From Chlamydiae bacterium RIFCSPHIGHO2_12_FULL_49_11 (GTDB lineage: Bacteria; Chlamydiota; Chlamydiia; Chlamydiales; 2-12-FULL-49-11): 13,160 bases of DNA. The translations under genes were made by a program, and so were the position numbers. A model generated the notes under the pieces. That model was not told the origin of the DNA. It worked only from the letters and a program-made list of their open reading frames with translations, and did not search any database. Positions 1 through 6,255 of the stretch are shown one piece after another; within the stretch, counting starts at the first letter, position 1; every line of letters begins with the position of its first letter. The stretch is from contig MGLW01000060.1 of assembly GCA_001794905.1 (NCBI GenBank), forward strand, positions 1 through 13,160. The letters are read 5' to 3'.

Positions 1-254
1 GCAATAAGATCGAGCCCTGCGATCGGTGTTCTTTGCACCACATCGAGGGTGCCGGCTTCCCCTTGCAACACTTTCACCATCGTCAGGTGCTGGTCGTTAC
101 TGAAACCGAGACCGGTGGTCAAATTAGCCTGCGCATCGAAGTCGATGAGAAGTACCCTTTTCCCATGCTGTTGTGCAAGGAGTGTAGCGATATGAAGCAC
201 GGTGGAAGTTTTAGCCGTTCCCCCTTTAAAACTGCACGAAGCGATCACATCCAT
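1..254 (-). CDS. ParA/MinD-family ATPase, chlamydial CT582-like (5' part only, runs off the window edge)
   Basis: Not in the ORF track. Manual translation from ATG at 254 gives MDVIASCSFKGGTAKTSTVLHIATLLAQQHGKRVLLIDFDAQANLTTGLG... with deviant Walker A KGGTAKT and Walker A' LLIDFDAQANL. The frame is open to the window edge and closely resembles the C. trachomatis CT582 N-terminus as I recall it (SFKGGTAKTSTTLH...VLLIDFDAQANL). Confidence 0.93.
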   Translation of the reverse strand, partial: MDVIASCSFKGGTAKTSTVLHIATLLAQQHGKRVLLIDFDAQANLTTGLGFSNDQHLTMVKVLQGEAGTLDVVQRTPIAGLDLI

Positions 255-326
255 AGTTTCATCTTACCCTACTTCCCTGTTTTCCTGCGATTGAAAAAAA
301 AACCAAAACAGTACACACTGGGTAGC
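255..326. promoter_or_regulatory. Divergent promoter region between the parA-like and glycosyltransferase genes
   Basis: 72-bp gap between head-to-head genes. Plus strand: TTGAAA (291-296), 17 bp, weak -10 CACACT (314-319). Minus strand: TAAGAT (266-261) 6 nt before the ATG at 254. The exact elements are uncertain. Confidence 0.4.
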
Positions 327-1241
327 GTGCATATTGACATCGTAGTTCTCCATTACAAAAACAGGGACGATACCCTTTGTTGTCTGCAGTCGCTCTTTGC
401 AAATACCTACCGAGATTTTACGGTCCATCTTGTCAATAACGGCACAACCGACACCTTCCCCGAAATGCCGCGCGTCATTTACTACCTCCTTCCCGTGAAC
501 CTCGGTTTTGCCGGAGGCAATAACCATGTGCTCCGGCTCTTGCAAGAGGGCGCTACCTCCTTTCTTCTTCTCAACAACGATACGTGGGTCCCTCCCGACT
601 ACTTGGAAAAACTGGCTTTATGGGCAACAAATCATCCCGGCATCATCGGCTCGAAAATAGTGCTCTACGATGACCCTCATACCCTGGACCATTACGGCGG
701 CATTTGGGACTCCGAGCGTCTTACTTTCGACCTGATCGGATATCGCCAAAGCTCTCACGAAACTGCCCTCCCGCTTGACCGGCTAGACTACGTGACGGGA
801 TGCTCCCTTTTTGCCCCCACCTCCGCCCTTCGCGCCGTCGGCCTTTTGGACGAAGGATATTTTCTCTATTTCGAAGAAGCCGACTGGTGCCTGCAGGCAA
901 AGCGTGCGGGCATTCCGATTTCTGTTTGCCCCGATGCCTTTGTGCATCACAAGGTATCCCGTGCCGTGACGAATCCTTCGGTGACGAAGAAGTACTACTT
1001 TTGGAGAAACCGGCTTCGCTACATCCGAAAAAACATCGCCCCCTCGCCCTTTCAGCGGCGCATCCTGCAAGAGATCGGCCGCCTCCTCCTTACCCTCTTC
1101 CTCAAAGAGGTGCACTACCTTCTCCTTTTCCCCTGGACAACTCCGCAAAGACGTCTCATTCGTCGAACCCGCATCCAAGGCTACGTGGCCTCTCTCTCGG
1201 GCATCTTCGACTATCTCAAAAACCCATTGAACGAACTTTGA
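327..1241 (+). CDS. GT2-family glycosyltransferase (COG1216, RfbF/WbbL-like), about 304 aa
   Basis: Motifs NLGFAGGNN, LLLNNDT, DYVTGCSL, GLLDEGYFLYFEEADWC and VHHKVS. Start moved to GTG at 327 (MHIDIVVLHYKN, the typical first beta strand), because the track's extension from 33 is antisense to the parA-like gene. Confidence 0.92.
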   Translation: MHIDIVVLHYKNRDDTLCCLQSLFANTYRDFTVHLVNNGTTDTFPEMPRVIYYLLPVNLGFAGGNNHVLRLLQEGATSFLLLNNDTWVPPDYLEKLALWATNHPGIIGSKIVLYDDPHTLDHYGGIWDSERLTFDLIGYRQSSHETALPLDRLDYVTGCSLFAPTSALRAVGLLDEGYFLYFEEADWCLQAKRAGIPISVCPDAFVHHKVSRAVTNPSVTKKYYFWRNRLRYIRKNIAPSPFQRRILQEIGRLLLTLFLKEVHYLLLFPWTTPQRRLIRRTRIQGYVASLSGIFDYLKNPLNEL

Positions 1242-1250
1242 TGACACGGC

Positions 1251-1697
1251 CTAACTTCTGAGAAGGGATGAGAGGACGATGACAAAGGCAAGGAGCGCCT
1301 TTGAAGTCCACAGAACCGTACGATACCAGTTATGATGAATGAGGACCTGCACATGTTCCTCGGAAAAATGCTTCTTCACCCTGTGGTGGTCAGGGATTTG
1401 GAAGACAAGCGATTCAATCCAAATCACCACGTTGAAAATAAAGTGGACCCAGAACAGCACCTTCAAATAGAGCAATGTAGTGAAGAAGAGGAGGGTGACC
1501 GACAGGGCCATTTCAACAAGCATGAGCGGAATCATGATAAGAGCAAAACGGCGTGCGTGGAAATTGAAAAATTCCTCATCCCCTTTTCCGTAAATGAACA
1601 TCGGGTAGTGCACCATCTGCACCGTCCAAATCAAACCGACCAAAATGAAACCGACCATGAAGTTGAATAAAATATCCAATCCTAAGAGTACCGACAT
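1251..1697 (-). CDS. Four-TM integral membrane protein, possibly DUF1772/anthrone-oxygenase-like
   Basis: 148 aa with four hydrophobic segments. GLIWTVQMVHYP, PLMLVE and NWYRT resemble a widespread uncharacterised family. SD AAGGAG lies just upstream, and the start is 10 nt after the tspO stop. The family name is tentative. Confidence 0.75.
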   Translation of the reverse strand: MSVLLGLDILFNFMVGFILVGLIWTVQMVHYPMFIYGKGDEEFFNFHARRFALIMIPLMLVEMALSVTLLFFTTLLYLKVLFWVHFIFNVVIWIESLVFQIPDHHRVKKHFSEEHVQVLIHHNWYRTVLWTSKALLAFVIVLSSLLRS

Positions 1698-1707
1698 ATT
1701 TCTCCTT

Positions 1708-2178
1708 TCAATTGAGTAAAACCAAACCGCTATTCAAGTAAAGTGCAAACGTGATCCACAAGAAAAAAGGGACATACAGCACTCCGGCAAGGATCGAATA
1801 TTTACCGCAATACAACATCGCCAGAATCACGACGATCCAGAGGCAAAACAAGAGGGCAAGCGCGCCCGTAATCCAATAAAATCCAAAGAGAACCGCAGGC
1901 CAGAGCACGGTTAAAAAAAGAGCTAAAAAAAATAAGCCGAAGGCAGTGAAAGGCACGGTGCGCACACGGCTTTTTTCCCACACGAGCCATAAACTAAATG
2001 TGAGAAAAGTATACACAACACCCCAAATGAGGCCGAACAGATAATAAGGCGGGGTGAAGGCGGGCTTTTTCAAACTGAGATACCATCCCGATACGAGCCC
2101 TCCGCCGGCACCGTAGGCCCCTAATATGCTAAAAGCATAAACGATGAGGAGACAACAGAAAAATCGAACAAATTTCAT
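1708..2178 (-). CDS. tspO: TspO/MBR-family tryptophan-rich sensory protein
   Basis: 156 aa with five hydrophobic helices. Signature WYLSLKKPAFTPP..LFG.IW..VY and C-terminal P..LW..FA..LN. Confidence 0.93.
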   Translation of the reverse strand: MKFVRFFCCLLIVYAFSILGAYGAGGGLVSGWYLSLKKPAFTPPYYLFGLIWGVVYTFLTFSLWLVWEKSRVRTVPFTAFGLFFLALFLTVLWPAVLFGFYWITGALALLFCLWIVVILAMLYCGKYSILAGVLYVPFFLWITFALYLNSGLVLLN

Positions 2179-2221
2179 ACTTCGCCTTGTGCCATATCGC
2201 AGGAATAATACTCAAATGAAT

Positions 2222-2842
2222 TCAAATATAGCGGTAAAGCTCGGGGAGCAATTTACAGAGTGTTGCTTCTTTCATGGCACCGGCTCCTGTGTCGAGTACG
2301 AAAGTATAGGCTCCCTTGTGGCGATGCATATGGAAAATCAGTCGGTTTTCCCCTTCGTCGTGCATCACATAGGTTGTTCCCACCTTCCATCTGGCAAGCC
2401 CCTTTTCGAGCGGATGAAGCTCAATCAGCGGGGAAAAGCGGGACAAAACCCGCGTAAACGTGTCTTTTCCCTTGATGGACAACTCTTGAAACCGCTTTTG
2501 GGGAAAAATCAAATGCACTTTCCCATGCGCCTTATGCAACGCTTCCAGAAAGGGTTCCCACCGTTTGGCATAAATGCTTCTCTTGAAGCCGTTCGAATGA
2601 GAAATCATATGAATATTCTGGACTTCCTTCGTTTCCATTTTTCCCATCAGGGAATGACAGAATGCACGATGGATGCGACCGGCTATCCTGGTCCCCTGCG
2701 CTTGTTCTTTGGGAATCAGGAGCCGTCTTTCACTTTCGAGTTTTTGAATGAAAGGACGCAGTTCTTCACTGATCGTCTTCGGAACAAAGAACCCGGCACT
2801 CGCATTCAGTTGAAAAATCAAAAAACAAAGCAAAATTCTCAT
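2222..2842 (-). CDS. Hypothetical His-rich protein with putative signal peptide, 206 aa
   Basis: ATG at 2842 is preceded by strong SD GGAGGTG (2852-2846), so the track's GTG at 2848 is part of the SD. The N-terminus MRILLCFLIFQLNASA looks like a short signal peptide ending A-S-A. Co-oriented with its neighbours. Confidence 0.75.
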   Translation of the reverse strand: MRILLCFLIFQLNASAGFFVPKTISEELRPFIQKLESERRLLIPKEQAQGTRIAGRIHRAFCHSLMGKMETKEVQNIHMISHSNGFKRSIYAKRWEPFLEALHKAHGKVHLIFPQKRFQELSIKGKDTFTRVLSRFSPLIELHPLEKGLARWKVGTTYVMHDEGENRLIFHMHRHKGAYTFVLDTGAGAMKEATLCKLLPELYRYI

Positions 2843-2862
2843 GACCACCTCCGATCAAAAAA

Positions 2863-2891
2863 ATTTTAAACGATGCAATAATATGATGCAA
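2863..2891 (-). promoter_or_regulatory. sigma70/sigma66-type promoter TTGCAT-N17-TAAAAT
   Basis: -35 at 2891-2886, -10 at 2868-2863, 17-bp spacer. Predicted TSS near 2856, just upstream of SD GGAGGTG. Confidence 0.65.
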
Positions 2892-2920
2892 AGAATTTAT
2901 TTTTGTCGAAGGGTGTTATG

Positions 2921-3625
2921 TTATTCATCTTCGGGAAAAATCGAAAGTTGCTGTGAAAATTCGAAATGTTCCTCATTGCCTTCTTCTACCAAAGTCGGTT
3001 TCACTTCGGCATTTTTGATCGATTCGTGCTCTTCGGTATAAGTTTCATCGGAAGAAGTTGGAATGCGAGATGCTTCTTCTTCCATGAGTTCTTTCCGATA
3101 TTTTTGCAAGCTTACCGAAATCAACCCTTCCGGAGGTTTGAGAAGCCGCGCTTTTACTTCGCTGGAAAGCTCGTCGTGGTGCACCGGCTTTTCTGTCAAA
3201 GATTCCTCTTCGAGAGAAACAGACTCATCTTCCGATCGGAGCGCCCCATTCTGCTTCGACTCTTTTTTTCCGCCGCGCCGCCGCCGCTTGTCTTTATTTT
3301 TTCCTTTGTCGCCTTGAGATTCGTCGGACGCTTTTTCGGCTACCGACTCGGTCGTGATAACTTTCGTATTTTTCCCTTCGACCGTATGACGGATGGCCAC
3401 TTTTTGGTCTTTGACTTCTTCGATTAAAAAATCACTGGCAGGAAGAAAAAAAGGACGCGGCTTTTCGAGGCAGCGATAAAAAATCTGCGGACCGAAGGAA
3501 ACGACTTCGACGGCATCGACGAAAAATTCCCCTTCAGTACTATGTTTTGTAGATTTGACGAGAATTTTATGCCCGTCTCGAGCCGAAATGATCGACTCTA
3601 GTATTGGTTCTCTTGTAAAGTTCAT
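2921..3625 (-). CDS. grgA: Chlamydia-specific transcription factor GrgA (CT504 homologue), 234 aa
   Basis: MNFTREPILESIISARDGHKILVKSTK...FFVDAVEVVSFG...PFFLPASDF matches the CT504 N-terminus as recalled ([21 protein letters not shown]...). Also a basic mid-region KNKDKRRRRGGKK, an LLKPPEGLIS motif, an acidic tail, and a position directly after gapA as in Chlamydia. Start set at the second Met (3625). Confidence 0.9.
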   Translation of the reverse strand: MNFTREPILESIISARDGHKILVKSTKHSTEGEFFVDAVEVVSFGPQIFYRCLEKPRPFFLPASDFLIEEVKDQKVAIRHTVEGKNTKVITTESVAEKASDESQGDKGKNKDKRRRRGGKKESKQNGALRSEDESVSLEEESLTEKPVHHDELSSEVKARLLKPPEGLISVSLQKYRKELMEEEASRIPTSSDETYTEEHESIKNAEVKPTLVEEGNEEHFEFSQQLSIFPEDE

Positions 3626-3628
3626 AAT

Positions 3629-3658
3629 ATGACACCCATGTTGTTTATGGCATGTCAT
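3629..3658 (-). promoter_or_regulatory. Inverted repeat / mRNA hairpin between gapA and grgA
   Basis: mRNA AUGACAU-G-CCAU-AAACAAC-AUGG-GUGUCAU forms an 11-bp stem (one G-U pair, one bulged G) with a 7-nt loop, ending 3 nt before the grgA AUG. Confidence 0.5.
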
Positions 3659-3664
3659 TAAAGA

Positions 3665-4660
3665 TCAGGCTACGCGCCTGACAAGGTCAACAAGCCTCAT
3701 CACATATCCCCATTCGTTGTCGTACCAGGCTATCAATTTGAAAAAATTCGGGTTGAGTTCCATGCTTGCATTAATATCAAAAATGGAGGATAAGGGACAC
3801 CCGATAAAATCGGAGGAAACAACGGCTTCTTCTGTGAAGCCTATAATTCCTGCTAAACTTGTTTTACTTGCTTCTTTAATGACGTTTGCTATTTCTTTTA
3901 AGTTTGTTTGTTTTTCTAATCTTACTGTGAAGTCGACACAAGACACGTCCAATACGGGCACTCGAAATGCCATTCCGGTCAATTTGCCTTCCAATGCGGG
4001 CAACACTTTCGCGACTGCTTTGGCAGCGCCGGTACTTGCCGGAATAATGTTATTGAGCACGGCTCGGCCGCTTCGTAAATCCTTTTTTGCCGCCCTATCC
4101 ACTACGGATTGGCTTGCGGTTGCTGCATGGATTGTAGTCATCAATCCTTCAACAATACCAAAATTTTCCAAGAGCACTTTTGCAAGCGGTGCAAGACAAT
4201 TTGTCGTACACGACGCGTTGGAAATGACGTCGTGATTTTCCGGATCAATCAAGTGGTCATTCACCCCCATCACAAACATCGGTGCATCTTTGCTCGGTGC
4301 AGAAATGACGACCCTATTCGCCCCGGCGGCTATATGTGCTCGCGCACCTTCCAGCGTCGTAAAAACTCCGCTGGATTCGATCACACAATCGATCCCGAAT
4401 TCACGATAAGGGATGTTTTTAGGATCGGTCTCGGAGAAAAGCTGCACCCGCTTTTCCCCCGCATACAAAAAGTTTCCTTCTGCATACGCCGTTTTCGCCC
4501 ATCTTCCATACACCGAATCGTTCTGCAGAAGATAGGCCATAGCTTGAGGCTGGACTAAATCGTTGATAAGCAGGACATCAAAATTGGGATCGGCTGCGAG
4601 AATCCGGTACGCAATCCTGCCGATCCTTCCGAAGCCATTAATCGCTATACGCTTAACCAA
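3665..4660 (-). CDS. gapA: Type I glyceraldehyde-3-phosphate dehydrogenase
   Basis: INGFGRIGR, active site NASCTTNCLAP, STGAAKAV and WYDNEWGY. TTG start with SD GGGGAG 6 nt upstream. Confidence 0.98.
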   Translation of the reverse strand: MVKRIAINGFGRIGRIAYRILAADPNFDVLLINDLVQPQAMAYLLQNDSVYGRWAKTAYAEGNFLYAGEKRVQLFSETDPKNIPYREFGIDCVIESSGVFTTLEGARAHIAAGANRVVISAPSKDAPMFVMGVNDHLIDPENHDVISNASCTTNCLAPLAKVLLENFGIVEGLMTTIHAATASQSVVDRAAKKDLRSGRAVLNNIIPASTGAAKAVAKVLPALEGKLTGMAFRVPVLDVSCVDFTVRLEKQTNLKEIANVIKEASKTSLAGIIGFTEEAVVSSDFIGCPLSSIFDINASMELNPNFFKLIAWYDNEWGYVMRLVDLVRRVA

Positions 4661-4729
4661 TTTATTCTCCCCCTCGGCCTCTTCTTAGGCTCAAATATAA
4701 AAAATGCGGGATTATTAGTATAGCTCGTA

Positions 4730-5152
4730 TCACACACACTCGATGATACAGAGACTTGCCGCATCACCGACGCGAAAACCCGTTTTCACGATCCGCGTAT
4801 ACCCACCGCTGCGTTCTTTATATTTGGGACCGATCTCGCCAAATAATTTGTTTAAGATCAGTCTGTCAGCATTATACGCCGACACGTCGCCGTTTTTTGC
4901 ACGTCGCCGTTCTTTCGGCGAAAGCTCATTAAAATGGAGTCCCAGCACCCTCAGAACCGTACGCCTGCTGCTTAGCGAATCGTTTTTTGCAGCATTGATC
5001 AAAGGGTCCACAAATTTTTGCAACTCTTTGGCTTTGACCACTGTCGTTTCAATACGCTCTTCCAAAATCAATGCTTTGGACATGTTCCGAAGTAGCGCAT
5101 CTCGATGGGCTACCGTCCGATGTAATTTGCCGCCGTGTTTTCGATGTCTCAT
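4730..5152 (-). CDS. rplQ: 50S ribosomal protein L17
   Basis: MRHRK...RIETTVVKAKEL...RSGGYTRIVK...GDAA, with the chlamydial internal insertion. Confidence 0.98.
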   Translation of the reverse strand: MRHRKHGGKLHRTVAHRDALLRNMSKALILEERIETTVVKAKELQKFVDPLINAAKNDSLSSRRTVLRVLGLHFNELSPKERRRAKNGDVSAYNADRLILNKLFGEIGPKYKERSGGYTRIVKTGFRVGDAASLCIIECV

Positions 5153-5163
5153 AGTTTTTCACC

Positions 5164-6243
5164 CTACTTATTCATATACTCTTTGATCTTTTCTTTGACA
5201 TTCTCCTGAGAAATAGCGTAACGTCCAAGGTCCATACCGAGATGGAGTCCCATTTCTTCCAATTTGTCCTTGATTTCATTGAGCGATTTTTTCCCGAAGT
5301 TCCTAAATTTTAACATCTCCGATTCAGGCATAACGACAAGTTCTGCAATCGTATCAATATTTGCCATCGCAAGACAGTTGGTAGATCGGACGGACAGTTC
5401 GATTTCGCTGATTTTGAGCGTGAGCTTGTTCAAAATCGAATCGGTCGCATTTTCCGCTTCATCATATTCTTCTTCGTACATGATCGCTTGGAAGTTTTCT
5501 TGATTGAAAATGCTGAAATGGTGTGCAGCAATTTGCGTAGAAAACCCGAGCGCTTCTTGCGGAGTGATCCGTCCGTCGGTAGTAATTTCAAGCACAAGAC
5601 GATCCATATCGGTCTGTCCGCCTACGCGGCAATCTTCTACAAAATAATTCACAAGACGTACCGGCGAATAAATGGCATCTATAGGAATCTCTCCGGCGAC
5701 TTTGTTTGTAATGTTCAATTTTTCGGAAGGAACGTACCCGCGTCCATGACCTACTTTCAACGTGACTTTTTTCTGCATTGGTTTTGTCACTGTGAAAATC
5801 GGTTCATCCGGATTGACCACTTCGAAATGCGAATCTTTGAAAAGTTCGCCCATGGTGACGGCATATTGTCCGCCCGCTTTTTCAATCTGATCGTGCGAAA
5901 TATCAACCGTCGTGCGAATGATCTTTACTGCTCTCGACCCGGTTTCGGTGTCGGTAGGCAAATATCGAAGGAGGGCCGTTTTCAAATTGAGCACGATCCG
6001 CGTCACGTCTTCAATGATTCCATCGACTGCAGTGTATTCGTGAGAGGCGCCTTCCAAATGAAGGGAAATGATAGCAGGTGCCTCCAAAGAGGAAAGCAAT
6101 ATACGTCGCAGCGCATTTCCGAGCGTATGCCCAAAGCTTGCTTCGAGGGGCTCGGCAATAACGCGGCAAAAATTGCCCGCTTCATCCACCTTTTCAATTT
6201 TGATGCTTGTAGGTAACTCAAATTTACCGTATTTTACCGTCAT
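5164..6243 (-). CDS. rpoA: DNA-directed RNA polymerase subunit alpha
   Basis: EPLEASFGHTLGNALRRILLSSL, GRGYVP, IDAIYSPV, ELSVRSTNCL and KFRNFGKKSLNEI. Confidence 0.99.
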   Translation of the reverse strand: MTVKYGKFELPTSIKIEKVDEAGNFCRVIAEPLEASFGHTLGNALRRILLSSLEAPAIISLHLEGASHEYTAVDGIIEDVTRIVLNLKTALLRYLPTDTETGSRAVKIIRTTVDISHDQIEKAGGQYAVTMGELFKDSHFEVVNPDEPIFTVTKPMQKKVTLKVGHGRGYVPSEKLNITNKVAGEIPIDAIYSPVRLVNYFVEDCRVGGQTDMDRLVLEITTDGRITPQEALGFSTQIAAHHFSIFNQENFQAIMYEEEYDEAENATDSILNKLTLKISEIELSVRSTNCLAMANIDTIAELVVMPESEMLKFRNFGKKSLNEIKDKLEEMGLHLGMDLGRYAISQENVKEKIKEYMNK

Positions 6244-6255
6244 TCTATAGCTCCT

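Noticed and set aside
245..262. Mini ORF MKLWM* overlapping the parA-like start out of frame
   Set aside because: Too short to distinguish from chance and no supporting attenuator structure.
33..326. 98-aa N-terminal extension of the glycosyltransferase in the ORF track
   Set aside because: It is the antisense shadow of the parA-like gene plus the intergenic region; the GT2 fold starts at GTG 327.
1913..1932. A7 and A8 runs within tspO as phase-variation tracts
   Set aside because: They encode Phe/Leu in a TM helix, the frame is intact, and similar runs occur throughout the window.
2179..2221. TGGCAC (sigma54 -24-like) and GCGATAT (sigma28 -10-like) upstream of tspO
   Set aside because: The partner elements (TTGC at -12, TAAA at -35) are missing at the required spacing.
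2144..2869. 241-aa plus-strand ORF opposite the hypothetical gene
   Set aside because: No SD or recognisable motif, and it overlaps the tspO start. The minus-strand ORF has the promoter, SD and signal peptide.
4677..4690. GCCT-N6-AGGC hairpin before the gapA SD as an alpha-operon terminator
   Set aside because: Only about 4 bp of stem and no U-tract.
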